Source: Cytophagales bacterium (GTDB taxonomy: Bacteria; Bacteroidota; Bacteroidia; Cytophagales; CCMP332). Taken from it: 64,000 bases of DNA. Of the stretch, positions 17,873 through 29,100 are shown one piece after another. The notes beneath the pieces were generated by a model. It ran no database searches. It saw only the letters and a list, made by a program, of their open reading frames with translations, and had not been told where the DNA came from. The stretch is from NCBI GenBank assembly GCA_965267555.1, contig OZ254083.1, forward strand, positions 1,627,985-1,691,984. Reading direction: 5' to 3'. The translations under genes were made by a program, and so were the position numbers. Each line of letters starts with the position of its first letter. The stretch's first letter is position 1.

Positions 17873-20800
17873 TTAGGTTAATTCTCTCAAGTCAACCGGA
17901 ACGACTCTCGATACCCCATTTTCCACCATGGTAATTCCATAAATAATATCTGTACTTGCCATGGTTCTTTTATTGTGTGTGACGATTATAAATTGAGATT
18001 CATTTGAAAACTCCCGAACAATATTATTGAATTTATCAATATTCGCATCATCCAAAGGCGCATCTACCTCATCAAAAATACAAAATGGAGCCGGTTTTAA
18101 TAGATAAATTGCAAATAATAGGGAAGTGGCAGTAAGGGTCTTTTCTCCCCCGGACAATTGATTAATGGTGAGAGGGCGTTTTCCTTTAGGCTGTGCAAAT
18201 ATTTCTATATCGGAATCCACCGGATCATCGGGATTGAGAAGTTTTAAATCACAGGAATCTTCCTGTGTAAAAAGAGTTCGAAATACTTTGTGAAAATTAA
18301 CTCTGATGAGCTCAAATGCTTTTTCAAAGGTTTCTCTTGCCACGAGGTCGATCTCCGAAATGGTATTTAAGAGCGATTCCTTTGCTTTAATTAAATCTTC
18401 TTTTTGTTCTATAATGAAATCGTAGCGGTTTTTAATCTCTTCATATGCTTCCAGTGCCATGGGGTTAATAGGACCTAAGCGCTCGAGACGATCTTTTATT
18501 TTTTGAACTTCGTTTATTAAAGCTTCTTTTTCTTCTTCATCGATGCTTTTATTTCCATCGATTTTGGCTATATCTATTTCAATTTCAAATTCAACTGAAA
18601 GCCGCTCCTTGAGTGCGGTAATCTCCAGGTCTGTTTCATTTCTTTTTTCTTCAAGGTTGTGTATAAACGAATCGATCACCTCTTTTTTTCTTTGAAATTC
18701 CCTGACTTGTTTCTCAATATCATCTATCAATGTTCGCAGGGCATAATAGGCTTTTTCTTTCTCATTAACTGTATTTTCCAGTGATTCCTTTTGATCGTAT
18801 AGCTCTACGAGATCTGACTCAGCTGCATCGGTTTTGCTGAGCAATACTTTTATCTCTTCCTTGGTTTTTTGAATATCACTTTGCGCTTTTTCAATTCTTT
18901 CCTTACTGCTATCAAAATTGCCTTTTTTATAATCGATATCCTGGCTTAGCGACTTTTCTTTGTTTTGAAGCTGTATTAGAAAGATATTGGCATCATTATA
19001 AGCCTGAGCTGCTTCTGAGGAATTGACTTTTTCTTTTTCGAGTTCTTCGCTTGCGGATTTTAATTCCTGCTCTATATTAGCCAGTGCAATTCGACTTTTT
19101 TCGAGTTCTGGCCCTTGTTCAAGTTTCGAAGATTCAATCTCATTTATTTTGGTACGGATATCCTCTTTTTGTCCTGAACTCGAAACTATTAAATCTTCAA
19201 ATTGCTCCTTTCTTGTTTTTAATGAAACCAGTTCTTGTTTGAGCTTATTTAAATAGTCCTGTTTTTCTTCAATTAAGTGGTTTTTATCAGCTTTTTTAAG
19301 CTCCTCAAGATCAAATTGACGTTTTTTTAGTTTGACTTCGGTCTCTTGATCCTTTATTTGAAGTTTTTGAATTTCGTTTTTCAGTTTGATCAGGTTTTTT
19401 TCTCTGCCAATCCTTTTTCCTTCGAAAAGCCCTACAGATCCCCCCGACAAGCTAAACTTTCTTTTTACCGTCTTGCCATCTTTACTGATCCATACTACAT
19501 CTTTATCAGATAAAATACTATCGTCAATATTTTCGACGATATAGACATTGTCGAGAAGGTATTGTACTAATTTTTTATACTGTACATCGTATTCTACCAA
19601 TTCGGTAGCTGCAATGGCTGAGTTGAAGATTTTTGGTTTTTGAGATGCGTAATTGTCAAACTCAGATAGAATAAAGAAATTTGCTTTTCCCTTGCTGGCA
19701 TCGCTTAACAAATGAATGGCTTTTAAGGCTTCTTCCAGGTTGGCTACCACATAGTAATTAAGATAGGGTTCGAGGTAATTTTCAATTGCCAGTTTATGAT
19801 TTTCATCGGTGGAGATGATATCGGAAAGAAGTGGAGATTTCTTAGCCCAGTTACCTGATTTTTTAAGAAACTTTATAGCCTCAGGAAAACCCTCCAGGTT
19901 ATCGACCAATGATTTTGTGAGTTTGTATTCATTTTCCCTGGAATCAATACTTCTGCGGATTTCAATGTGTTTGTTTCGAATCTTTTCAATATCATTTTCC
20001 GCAGCCTCAATTTGTTTAATGACTTTGGCTTCTTCATTTTTCAGTTCAGAAAGTTCCTTTTCTTTTTCTTTTATGGTGTTTTCCAGGATTCCGATCTTTT
20101 CTGAAAATATCTCAATATCTTTTTCTTTGGCTCCGCTGTCAGTATCGGCTCTTTCAATTTGTTGTTTTAGCGATTCGAGCTGAATTTCATTGATCTCAAT
20201 AGACTTGGAAATTTGATAATATGTCTGTTGAGCATCTGTTTTACTTTTTAGCAATTCATCAAATACGGCTTGCTTAGCCTCAGTAATTTCTTTTTGTTGA
20301 GTATGTATTTTTTGGAGCTCTTCTACTTTCAGGGTATTGGCTTTTACCTCCTCAGCGATTTCCAATAGCTCCTGTTCAAGACTTTTTATGCTAAATGTAG
20401 CCCTTTCATTGCTTTTTTTGTCCGAGTCTAATTGCTCATTTAGTCGCTCCAGGTTTGAATTGAGGTATTTTAGTCTTTCGTTTTTAACATTTTTTTCGCT
20501 CTCGTAATTCCGGATCTTATCAACATGCTCATTTAAGGATTTCTGAGCTTCTGATAGCTCTTTTTCTTTTGAAATGAGGTTTTTCTTCTCTTCTTCAATT
20601 TTTGAGTCCTGCTTCTGAATGTTAGTCTGTATTTCACCTCTTTGATCCTTTTCGGATTGTATTTGAGCTTTGTACTTGTCAAGTCTTAGCTTAAGAGAAC
20701 TCATACTGATTTGGGCTAGCTCAATGCTCTTATTCTTGTAATCAGACTTTAATTCCTGATATTTCTGAGCTTGTTTGGCCTGTTTTTCCAGGCTTTTCAT

Positions 20801-21403
20801 GTTTTTTTCAATTTCAAAAAGCAAGTCCTCAACCCGTTCAAGATCTTTATCCGTGTCTTCCAGCTTTTTTAAGGTTTGTCTTTTTCGGACCTTGAATTTT
20901 GAAATGCCCGCTGCTTCCTCAAAGAGATTTTTTCTGGCTCCATCCTTATTTTGGAGGATATCATCTACCATTTTTAGCTCTATAATGGCGTAGGAGTCAG
21001 GACCGATTCCTGTGTCCATAAAAAGATTGGTAATATCTTTTAGACGGCACTGAACACCATTCATTAAATATTCGCTATCTCCGGAGCGATAATATCTTCT
21101 TGTAATGCTTACTTGAGAATACTCGGTGGGAAGAATGTTTTTAGTATTGTTAAACGTAAGAGAAACTTCTGCCATTTGCATGGCCTTTCGTTTTTTGGTG
21201 CCATTAAAAATGACATTTTCCATTTTGTCCGAGCGAAGCGTTCTCGATTTTTGCTCACCAAGTACCCATCTTATGGCATCAACGATATTCGACTTGCCAC
21301 AACCGTTGGGGCCTACTACACCTGTGATACCTTTGTCAAAATTTATAATAATCTTGTCACCAAAGCTTTTAAAGCCCTTGGCTTCCAATCGTGTAATCTC
21401 CAT
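17873..21403 (-). CDS. smc: Chromosome segregation protein SMC
   Basis: GFKSF, GPNGCGKSN, long coiled coils with hinge (GGSVG), LSGGEK, DEVDAPLD. Confidence 0.97.
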   Translation of the reverse strand: MEITRLEAKGFKSFGDKIIINFDKGITGVVGPNGCGKSNIVDAIRWVLGEQKSRTLRSDKMENVIFNGTKKRKAMQMAEVSLTFNNTKNILPTEYSQVSITRRYYRSGDSEYLMNGVQCRLKDITNLFMDTGIGPDSYAIIELKMVDDILQNKDGARKNLFEEAAGISKFKVRKRQTLKKLEDTDKDLERVEDLLFEIEKNMKSLEKQAKQAQKYQELKSDYKNKSIELAQISMSSLKLRLDKYKAQIQSEKDQRGEIQTNIQKQDSKIEEEKKNLISKEKELSEAQKSLNEHVDKIRNYESEKNVKNERLKYLNSNLERLNEQLDSDKKSNERATFSIKSLEQELLEIAEEVKANTLKVEELQKIHTQQKEITEAKQAVFDELLKSKTDAQQTYYQISKSIEINEIQLESLKQQIERADTDSGAKEKDIEIFSEKIGILENTIKEKEKELSELKNEEAKVIKQIEAAENDIEKIRNKHIEIRRSIDSRENEYKLTKSLVDNLEGFPEAIKFLKKSGNWAKKSPLLSDIISTDENHKLAIENYLEPYLNYYVVANLEEALKAIHLLSDASKGKANFFILSEFDNYASQKPKIFNSAIAATELVEYDVQYKKLVQYLLDNVYIVENIDDSILSDKDVVWISKDGKTVKRKFSLSGGSVGLFEGKRIGREKNLIKLKNEIQKLQIKDQETEVKLKKRQFDLEELKKADKNHLIEEKQDYLNKLKQELVSLKTRKEQFEDLIVSSSGQKEDIRTKINEIESSKLEQGPELEKSRIALANIEQELKSASEELEKEKVNSSEAAQAYNDANIFLIQLQNKEKSLSQDIDYKKGNFDSSKERIEKAQSDIQKTKEEIKVLLSKTDAAESDLVELYDQKESLENTVNEKEKAYYALRTLIDDIEKQVREFQRKKEVIDSFIHNLEEKRNETDLEITALKERLSVEFEIEIDIAKIDGNKSIDEEEKEALINEVQKIKDRLERLGPINPMALEAYEEIKNRYDFIIEQKEDLIKAKESLLNTISEIDLVARETFEKAFELIRVNFHKVFRTLFTQEDSCDLKLLNPDDPVDSDIEIFAQPKGKRPLTINQLSGGEKTLTATSLLFAIYLLKPAPFCIFDEVDAPLDDANIDKFNNIVREFSNESQFIIVTHNKRTMASTDIIYGITMVENGVSRVVPVDLRELT

Positions 21404-21487
21404 ATATCAGATTGCAATGGAGCGAAATTAGCATTTTTGGTAAAAAGGAATCCCCGGAAAAGCGGTTATTTTATAAGATGTGGATAA

Positions 21488-21901
21488 CTATTCGGCAATC
21501 AGGTCAAATGCTTCTCTTTTTATCGAATCAACGTCCAGTCCGAGTTTCAAACCGTCCTCAATCGCACGAATAAGAACCGTAACAATAATTTTCTTGAAGC
21601 CCAGCCGGATGGCAACCTCCACACAATAGTCCAGTTCTTTTTGATACAATTTTCCATCGATCATCATCATTTGGACAACATTGAAGAGGTATTCAAATTG
21701 ATCCTCCTCATTGTCGGGCACAACGATGTCGATATCTTCAGCCCTGTCTATCAATTGATCGATTTGTTTGGCATTGAGGCCACTTTTAAAACCAATCTTA
21801 TAAACAAGATCTTTCTCGGTCTGATCGAAGTGATCATCGATTTTAGCCAAATACACCAGATTACTGAGGTGCTTATCAATCAAGGTTTGCTTATCAAGCA
21901 T
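21488..21901 (-). CDS. TerB-like protein
   Basis: NLVYLAKIDDHFDQTEK, MMMIDGKLYQKE, AIRLGF; likely start MLDKQ at 21901. Confidence 0.75.
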   Translation of the reverse strand: MLDKQTLIDKHLSNLVYLAKIDDHFDQTEKDLVYKIGFKSGLNAKQIDQLIDRAEDIDIVVPDNEEDQFEYLFNVVQMMMIDGKLYQKELDYCVEVAIRLGFKKIIVTVLIRAIEDGLKLGLDVDSIKREAFDLIAE

Positions 21902-22008
21902 GTTTCCTGTATTAGTTATATACAAAAGAACTAAATTTTTTTAAATCAGGTTCTGACCTGAATGTTTATATCATATATAGATTTACTTTTTTATATAAAT
22001 GTAACCAA

Positions 22009-22641
22009 CTAATTCGGTATTTTTTTCAGTTTTATACTAAATATAAGCTGCTGTGGGCTAAAATAGCTTTTTTCTTGCTCCCATTTATTTAAATTGATAA
22101 AATCACTTATGTCAAATAAGCTAAGGATCGGGATATTCGTACTTATTCTGAAAAAAATGTACATGATTTTTATGAGCAAAATATTTGATTTTCGACTTGT
22201 TTTAGCATTAAAATCGGTGATGATTAATGCGCCTTGTTCTGAAAGCATGGCATGACATTTATCTAATATCGATGGAATTTCACTGCGTTTTTGACTGTCT
22301 AAAAAAAATGGCAATGCAATGACATCGTAATTATGGCTTAGGGAAAAGCTTAGAAAATCAGTTTCTTCTATTTGGACTAATTTATTCAAGCCCAGGTTGT
22401 CAGCTCTTTTTCTGCTTTTTTCACACATTCTGGCACTTTTATCGATACATGTTATCCTTTTAAATAGGTTTGTATCTATGAATTCAAGAAATTCAGAACT
22501 TCCACTCCCGACCACTAAAAGTTTGCTTTCAGGTTTGATTGTTTGCAAATGAATGCATTCTGCTTTTATTAAGGATTTGCCAAATACCAGCGATTTGATT
22601 TTATCATAGAATGGAGCAATAATACCGTAGTAATTAGTCAT
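22009..22641 (-). CDS. Class I SAM-dependent methyltransferase
   Basis: IAPFYD, LVVGSGS, CIDKSARM, YDVIALPFFLD, LIITDF. Confidence 0.85.
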   Translation of the reverse strand: MTNYYGIIAPFYDKIKSLVFGKSLIKAECIHLQTIKPESKLLVVGSGSSEFLEFIDTNLFKRITCIDKSARMCEKSRKRADNLGLNKLVQIEETDFLSFSLSHNYDVIALPFFLDSQKRSEIPSILDKCHAMLSEQGALIITDFNAKTSRKSNILLIKIMYIFFRISTNIPILSLFDISDFINLNKWEQEKSYFSPQQLIFSIKLKKIPN

Positions 22642-23475
22642 TTATAGCCAGAATAAGACAATTGGTATTAAAAAAATTCCATCACCAAGGCTTCGGTATA
22701 AATCTGCGGATATAAGTTGTTGAGATTTTCTGAATGAAAGAAACAAAATGAACAACATCGACATCAATAAGAGTCCAATAAGCTTGTGCTGGCTAATCAA
22801 AATAAAACTAATACAAAGAATCAGTGTAAACAGAGCAACTATTCTAATGCTTTGATTGACCTTATTTGGACTCCAGTGCAAACTGATGTTGACAAAGCGA
22901 TCTTCCAAATCAGCTTCCTTTTCAACAGAGCTAAAAAATAAAAGATTGATAAGTGCCAGTAAGAATAATATGGCTAAAGCGAGGTAGGCATCAAGAGAAA
23001 TATTTTTGGCCGTAATAAATGGGCTTAAAGCCAAACCAAAGCTATACCCAAAGGCCACACGCATTTCCTTGCCAAATAGAAATATAGATTTTTTGGAAAA
23101 GTGATTTAAAATATGATGGACAACAACAAACATCATTAATAATGAACCAGCCAAAATGATTGTGGGCTGCAGGAAGTAAAAAGTAAGCCAGGTGTTTATA
23201 AGTATGGCGATGAGTGCAAATATGCTTAAGGTGTGAAAATGAGTCTGATGCAATCGGTGCCTGAAAGAGAAAGCTTCTTTTTCAATTAATTTGGCATCAA
23301 TAAGGTGATCAGCAGTGTAAATCAACCAAACACTAAGTCCCAACACGATATCATTATACCAAACAGAATTTATACCTAAGATGATGTACATGAGCTTTGA
23401 GCAGGCCACTGCACCAATCGCAATGTCAATACTCAAGGCATTTATGTACCTCAATAAATTCGTATAAATGTTCAA
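22642..23475 (-). CDS. UbiA-prenyltransferase-like integral membrane protein
   Basis: About 8 TM segments; Asp-rich IYTADHLIDA and EKEADLED loops. Confidence 0.55.
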   Translation of the reverse strand: MNIYTNLLRYINALSIDIAIGAVACSKLMYIILGINSVWYNDIVLGLSVWLIYTADHLIDAKLIEKEAFSFRHRLHQTHFHTLSIFALIAILINTWLTFYFLQPTIILAGSLLMMFVVVHHILNHFSKKSIFLFGKEMRVAFGYSFGLALSPFITAKNISLDAYLALAILFLLALINLLFFSSVEKEADLEDRFVNISLHWSPNKVNQSIRIVALFTLILCISFILISQHKLIGLLLMSMLFILFLSFRKSQQLISADLYRSLGDGIFLIPIVLFWL

Positions 23476-23476
23476 T

Positions 23477-24664
23477 TTATTTGTCTAATGCCAGAATTCC
23501 TGGAAGGGCTTTGCCTTCGAAATATTCCAGTAAAGCACCTCCACCTGTAGAGACAAAAGATACTTTATCACCATAACCCAACTGATTGACAGCGGCTGCA
23601 GAATCACCGCCACCTATAAGTGAAAATGCACCTTTGGAACTGGCATCGGCTATGGCCCCGGCGATATCTTTGGTGCCTTTGCTGAACTTTTCCATTTCAA
23701 ATACACCTACAGGTCCATTCCACAAAATTGTCTTAGCAGATAATATGGCCTCAGAATATTGTTTAATTGCCTGGGGTCCGATATCAAGTCCCATGTAACC
23801 ATCTTTAATTTCATGGCTATTACAAATCATTGTATTGGCATTATTATCAAAAGCATCTGCAGCCACGGAATCCATTGGTAGCACAAGAGAAACACCCTTT
23901 TCTTTACTTTTTCGGATCAGGTCTTTGGCAAGTGGTATTTTATCTTCTTCGCAAAGAGAATTTCCAATTTTACCACCCTGTGCTTTGATAAATGTATATG
24001 ACATACCTCCACCGATGATGAGGGTATCGACCTTATCCAGCAGCTTTTCAATGATTAATATTTTATCGGAAATTTTCGCACCACCCATAATGGCGACAAA
24101 TGGCCTTTCTGTATGGTCCAGCACTTTTTTAGCATTTTCAATTTCTGCTTGTATCAAATATCCGGCTGCTTTTTCTTCAAAAAATTCTGCAATTGTTGTG
24201 GTGCTGGCATGAGCGCGGTGGGCTGTTCCAAATGCATCATTGACATACGCATCGCCAAGAGAAGCCAATTGCTTGGCAAAATTGGTATCGCCTTTGGTTT
24301 CTTCTTTGTAAAAACGAACATTTTCAAGAAGTAAAACTTCTCCGCTATTGAGTTTTTCTGCTTTTTCTATTGCACTTTTTCCGATGCAATCATCGGCAAA
24401 TTGCACTTCCAGCCCCAGTGCCTTATTCAAATTGGGAATGGTGTGTTTTAACGAAAATTTTTCTTCCGGTCCGGTTTTTGGTCTACCCAGATGAGACATG
24501 AGAATGACTGCCCCGCCTTCGTTGAGAATTTTTTTAATGCTCGGAACAGCGGATTTAATTCTTGTTTCATCTGTTACCTTTTGATTCGAATCCAGTGGGA
24601 CATTGAAATCCACTCGCATCAATACTTTTTTTCCGGAAAATGAAATGTCGTCGATCGTTTTCAT
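23477..24664 (-). CDS. pgk: Phosphoglycerate kinase
   Basis: RVDFNVP, SHLGRP, LLENVRF, VNDAFGTAHRAHAS, GGAKISDKI, WNGPVGVFE, GGGDS, STGGGA. Confidence 0.98.
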   Translation of the reverse strand: MKTIDDISFSGKKVLMRVDFNVPLDSNQKVTDETRIKSAVPSIKKILNEGGAVILMSHLGRPKTGPEEKFSLKHTIPNLNKALGLEVQFADDCIGKSAIEKAEKLNSGEVLLLENVRFYKEETKGDTNFAKQLASLGDAYVNDAFGTAHRAHASTTTIAEFFEEKAAGYLIQAEIENAKKVLDHTERPFVAIMGGAKISDKILIIEKLLDKVDTLIIGGGMSYTFIKAQGGKIGNSLCEEDKIPLAKDLIRKSKEKGVSLVLPMDSVAADAFDNNANTMICNSHEIKDGYMGLDIGPQAIKQYSEAILSAKTILWNGPVGVFEMEKFSKGTKDIAGAIADASSKGAFSLIGGGDSAAAVNQLGYGDKVSFVSTGGGALLEYFEGKALPGILALDK

Positions 24665-24691
24665 AAATGGCGCTTATTATGCAAAAATGAA

Positions 24692-24717
24692 AAATCCTTC
24701 CCAATAGAGAAGGATTT
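24692..24717 (-). terminator. Rho-independent terminator after the ferredoxin gene
   Basis: AAATCCTTC/GAAGGATTT inverted repeat, followed on the minus strand by TTTTTCATTTTT. Confidence 0.6.
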
Positions 24718-24742
24718 ATGATTCCTTTATTTTATTCAATTA

Positions 24743-25090
24743 TTATTCACCGTGCATCCACGCTTTTTTTGCAAGCAGCTCTTCTTCTGATTCTCTTGCA
24801 TCCGGATCATCAACACAACAATCTACAGGACATACGGCTGCACATTGTGGCTCTTCATGAAATCCCATGCATTCGGTACATTTATCGGTTACGATATAGT
24901 AAAATTCATCCGATTTAGGCTCCATCATGGTACCAGCATCCATATTACTACCATCTTCCAATTCTATTTCCTTTAATTCCGTTCCTCCGGAAAAACTCCA
25001 TTCTACACCTCCTTCATAAATTGCAGTATTTGGGCATTCTGGTTCACAAGCACCGCAATTGATGCATTCATCGGTTATCATTATAGCCAT
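24743..25090 (-). CDS. YfhL-type 2x[4Fe-4S] ferredoxin
   Basis: [12 protein letters not shown] and [22 protein letters not shown]. Confidence 0.93.
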   Translation of the reverse strand: MAIMITDECINCGACEPECPNTAIYEGGVEWSFSGGTELKEIELEDGSNMDAGTMMEPKSDEFYYIVTDKCTECMGFHEEPQCAAVCPVDCCVDDPDARESEEELLAKKAWMHGE

Positions 25091-25149
25091 AGCATTCCAA
25101 TTTTAATCTTTTAACCTCAATTCAAGGCTAAATGTTTAATTTTCGGCTG

Positions 25150-25157
25150 CAAAATTA
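25150..25157 (-). promoter_or_regulatory. Bacteroidota -7 promoter motif TAATTTTG for the ferredoxin
   Basis: Reverse complement of caaaatta in the divergent intergenic region. Confidence 0.5.
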
Positions 25158-25172
25158 AGCATCAATTCGGAA

Positions 25173-26186
25173 ATGACTAAAGAAAGGTTAATTCATTCTT
25201 TTTCCCAATTGGGAAATAAGATTCAAATCCTCGGAAATGAAGAAATGGAGCAGTTATGTATGCTAACATTTAATGAAAATCCTTGGTTTAGCCCTGATAA
25301 TATTCACAAAGCTTTTGATGGCATTTGCAAATGGTTAAATGAATCAGACCTTAATCAATGGATTGATCGATACCCTGAATTGCCTGTAGGAGAAAGTAAA
25401 AGAGTAGGCTTGGTCCTGGCCGGAAATATTCCAATGGTCGGGTTTCATGATGTCTTATGCGTGTTGATGTCGGGAAATAAAGCCATCACAAAATTGAGCT
25501 CAAAGGATTCCGTTCTGATGGAATATTTAAGAAATGAACTCATAAAGATTGACCCAGAATTTGAAAATTCCTGGTTATTGGCGGATCGATTGAATGATAT
25601 TGACGCGGTGATCGCAACGGGAAGTGATAATTCTGCTCGATATTTTCAACAGTATTTTTCAAAATACCCCAATATCATTCGAAAAAACAGAACCTCAGTG
25701 GCAGTATTGTCAGGTTTTGAGAGCAAAGAAGAATTACAAGAGCTCGGGAAAGACATCTTTGACTATTTTGGCTTGGGCTGTAGAAATGTGACCTATTTGT
25801 ATTTGCATGAATCGATGGCGCCGGAAACAATTCTCGAAGCACTGGAAATATATTCCGATGTGATTAAGAATAACAAATATGCCAACAACTATGACTATTA
25901 CCGATCGATATATTTGGTAAACGGAGATCCTCATTTCGCCTCTGATTTCCTCCTTTTAAAAGAGGGTGGAAGCCTTTTTTCGCCTGTGGCCAATTTGCGT
26001 TTCAGTTATTATAAGGATTTAAAAAAACTGGAACAAAAGCTATTGTCTCAGATCAATGAAATTCAATGTATTGTTTCAAATACAAAGCTTGGGATGAAGA
26101 CCATTCCATTTGGACAAACACAGCAACCCGAATTATGGGATTATGCAGATGGGGTTGATACCATGAAGTATTTAGCTTCTATCTGA
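25173..26186 (+). CDS. LuxC-like acyl-CoA reductase
   Basis: LAGNIPMVGFHD, VIATGSDNSARYF, DYFGLGCRNV (catalytic Cys), FGQTQQPELWDYADGVDT. Confidence 0.85.
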   Translation: MTKERLIHSFSQLGNKIQILGNEEMEQLCMLTFNENPWFSPDNIHKAFDGICKWLNESDLNQWIDRYPELPVGESKRVGLVLAGNIPMVGFHDVLCVLMSGNKAITKLSSKDSVLMEYLRNELIKIDPEFENSWLLADRLNDIDAVIATGSDNSARYFQQYFSKYPNIIRKNRTSVAVLSGFESKEELQELGKDIFDYFGLGCRNVTYLYLHESMAPETILEALEIYSDVIKNNKYANNYDYYRSIYLVNGDPHFASDFLLLKEGGSLFSPVANLRFSYYKDLKKLEQKLLSQINEIQCIVSNTKLGMKTIPFGQTQQPELWDYADGVDTMKYLASI

Positions 26187-29100
26187 ATATTTCAATAAAT
26201 CCTTTGAACATCCCCTGATTTGGTATTTCCAGCGTATAGAAATAAGTACCATCGGCATATCCTTCACCATCCCAATCATTCTGATAGTCATCACTGCTAA
26301 ATACCGGACGGCCGGATTTTTCAAATATCTTTAATTTACTTCCGGAAGGAAGCTTTGGAATTACAAAGTAGTCATTGTAACCGTCTTGATTTGGTGTGAA
26401 TATGTTGGGAATAGTAAAGCTGTTTGCAAACTCATAAACTTCCACATAGACTTCAAAAAATTCCGTACAATTTCTGGAATCATTTATGCGTATTGTGTGT
26501 AAGCCTTCAGCTATTTTTTCCAGAACAGTATCAAATGCCTGTGTATTTGGATTCAAAGTCAAATTAAAGGCAGAATCGCCATCAAAACTCAATGTATAAG
26601 GTTCTGTTCCACCTAAGACATCATAAATTGCTACTCTTCCTGTTGCAGAGTCTTCAATGCTCATTGTGATATTTTCGATTTCAGCTACAATGGCATCCGG
26701 TTCGGTAATTTCAATTGTCGATGCAAAATTATAGAAGCAATTGAGTGAATCGCGAATTACGATGTCGTATAAGCCTTCTGAAATCTGATTAAAAGTGGTA
26801 TCTGAGCGGAATGTTTCTGAAAGAAATTGGTTTCCATTATCAAAACTGATGGCAAATGGCGCAAATCCATTTTGTAAACCTGATATGGAAATCGCTGCAT
26901 CATCTGAACCATTACAGGTTATCGAATTAGCAGATACAGAATAATTTAAGAGTGCTGTTCCCGTGATTTGAAAGGATCTGACTTGCTGACAGTTGTTTCC
27001 ATCACTCATGAGTAAATTGTAATTACCGGCACCGAGGCTGTCAAATAGGGTAGAACTTTGCTGCCCTGTAATTCCGATAATTTCATAAACATAATTGCCA
27101 TCGCCTCCGATCGGATTTAAAACCAGAACTGAACCGGTATTTTCGCCACAATCCGCATTGCCTGTAATATTGAGGTCAAATGACAAAGAATCGGGTTGTG
27201 TAAGGCTTACATCGACAGACACATCGCAATTGTCATTATCAATTACAGTAATGGTATAAGTCGAATCAGCAAATAATCCTCCAATTGGATTGGATGGAAC
27301 TGCATTTCCATTCAATGCAAATGAATATGGCGTAACGCCTCCGCTTATTCCCGTCAGTTCAACAGAACCACTATTGGCACCATAACAAATCGGATTTGTA
27401 GTAATAATATTACCAATTACAATATTATTAGGCGCAAAAATGGTATCGGTAAATTCCGCAATACAATTGAGTTGATCCAATATTTGAATAGTATATACTC
27501 CATTGTCGAGGTTGTTAAAAACCGTAATGGCCGGAGGAATATTGGCCTGACTATTTCCATTGATCTGAACTACGTAATTCGGTTGTCCTCCGGAAATATT
27601 GCTGATGCTTATGCTACCATCCGTAAGGTTGCAATCACTGATATCTGCTGTTGTGACATTTGCCGTTATTTCAGGGTTTTCGCTGATAAAATAAGGCAAA
27701 GTTGTAAGACAACCGCTGGCGTCTTCCATAAACAATACGCCATTGCCACTGCCCAAACCTGTAAAAGTTCGCGTTGTATCGAAAATAACATTGTCGAGAC
27801 TAAATTGGAAAGGTGCTGTTCCACCTATTACCGTGTCTACGATTAAAACTCCGCTTGTATCTCCAAAACAATCTATATTTTGAATACTCACATTAGGCGT
27901 TCCCGATCCCGAAACTGTGATGTTGATCGCATTGGTATCGGTACAGCTAGAATTATCCGAAACGATTAAAGTATAAAAGCCATCATCCAATCCTGTGATC
28001 GGACTGCTCACTGTATTTCCATTCAATTCAAAAGTATATGGTGAACCATTTCCACCTAATACAGAGTCAATATTAATTATTCCGTTATTGCTCGAACAAT
28101 TAGTCGGTGGTGTAATTGTAGTAAACAATTGCATGGAATCAGGCTGTGACTGTACAAAATTATAATTGGATGTACACAGAGTATTCACATCTTGTATACT
28201 TAAAATATGATTTCCTGCCAGTAAATTATTAAAAAGGGTGTCTGGCTGGAAGGTACCACCATCAATGCTGTATAAATATGCACCTGATCCACCCTGAGAA
28301 TTGCTAAGGGCCAAGGCTCCATCATTCCCTCCAAAACAGCTGACTGCCTGTACCTCAATTGGCGTGGCACTTGGAGCTATCAATCCATTTATGGTTACAT
28401 TAATTGTAAGCTCGCATCCATTAGCATCCAAAATAATTAATGAATAATTACCAGGAGAGAGGCTATCTACCGAAGAAGTAATTGGCTGTACAGGCTCAAG
28501 CGTATCCCCAATGCTGTCCAATAAAATAAATTGATATGGTGAGGTACCACCTGAAACACTTAAGATGTTTATTTGAGCATCATTGGCGCCACAACTTGTT
28601 TCCTTATCGATTTGAATAATTGCGCTGACATTGAAAGAGCTTCCGATAAAGAAATTCAATTGGAATGTACAAGTAGGGTCAAGGCTATCCCGCACTATTC
28701 CCAAATAATTCCCTGGTGCCAGACTATTAAACACATTGCTGTTTTGCCATGTGGCTCCGGTATCGATCGAAAATTCGTAAAACCCTGAACCGCCGCTTAA
28801 AGAAAGGAATTGAGCCTGGCCGTTGTTTAATCCGCTGCAAAGAGTAGGGGTAGTGCTTACAGATGCTGAAATGGCCCCGGCTACATTAATGTTGATGGTA
28901 GTATCAAAACTACATGAAGAAATCAGATCATTTATGGTTATTAAATAAGCACCGGACCCTAATCCACTGAATGTATTGGTCGAAGAGTCAATGCTGTTAA
29001 TCAAATATTGATAAGACCCACTTCCCTGATTGACAGAATCCACGGTGATAATTCCGTTTCCTGATCCGCAAGCACTTGGTTGAATTACGCTTATAATTGG

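Noticed and set aside
19023-21487. Several plus-strand ORFs within smc, and similar short ORFs inside ggt, pgk, hbd, the giant T9SS gene and acnA
   Set aside because: Antisense or alternate-frame shadows of well-supported genes with no recognisable motifs
21946-21961. TCAGGT-TCTG-ACCTGA hairpin as a terminator
   Set aside because: 6-bp stem with only a 3-nt U tract on the relevant strand; too weak to call
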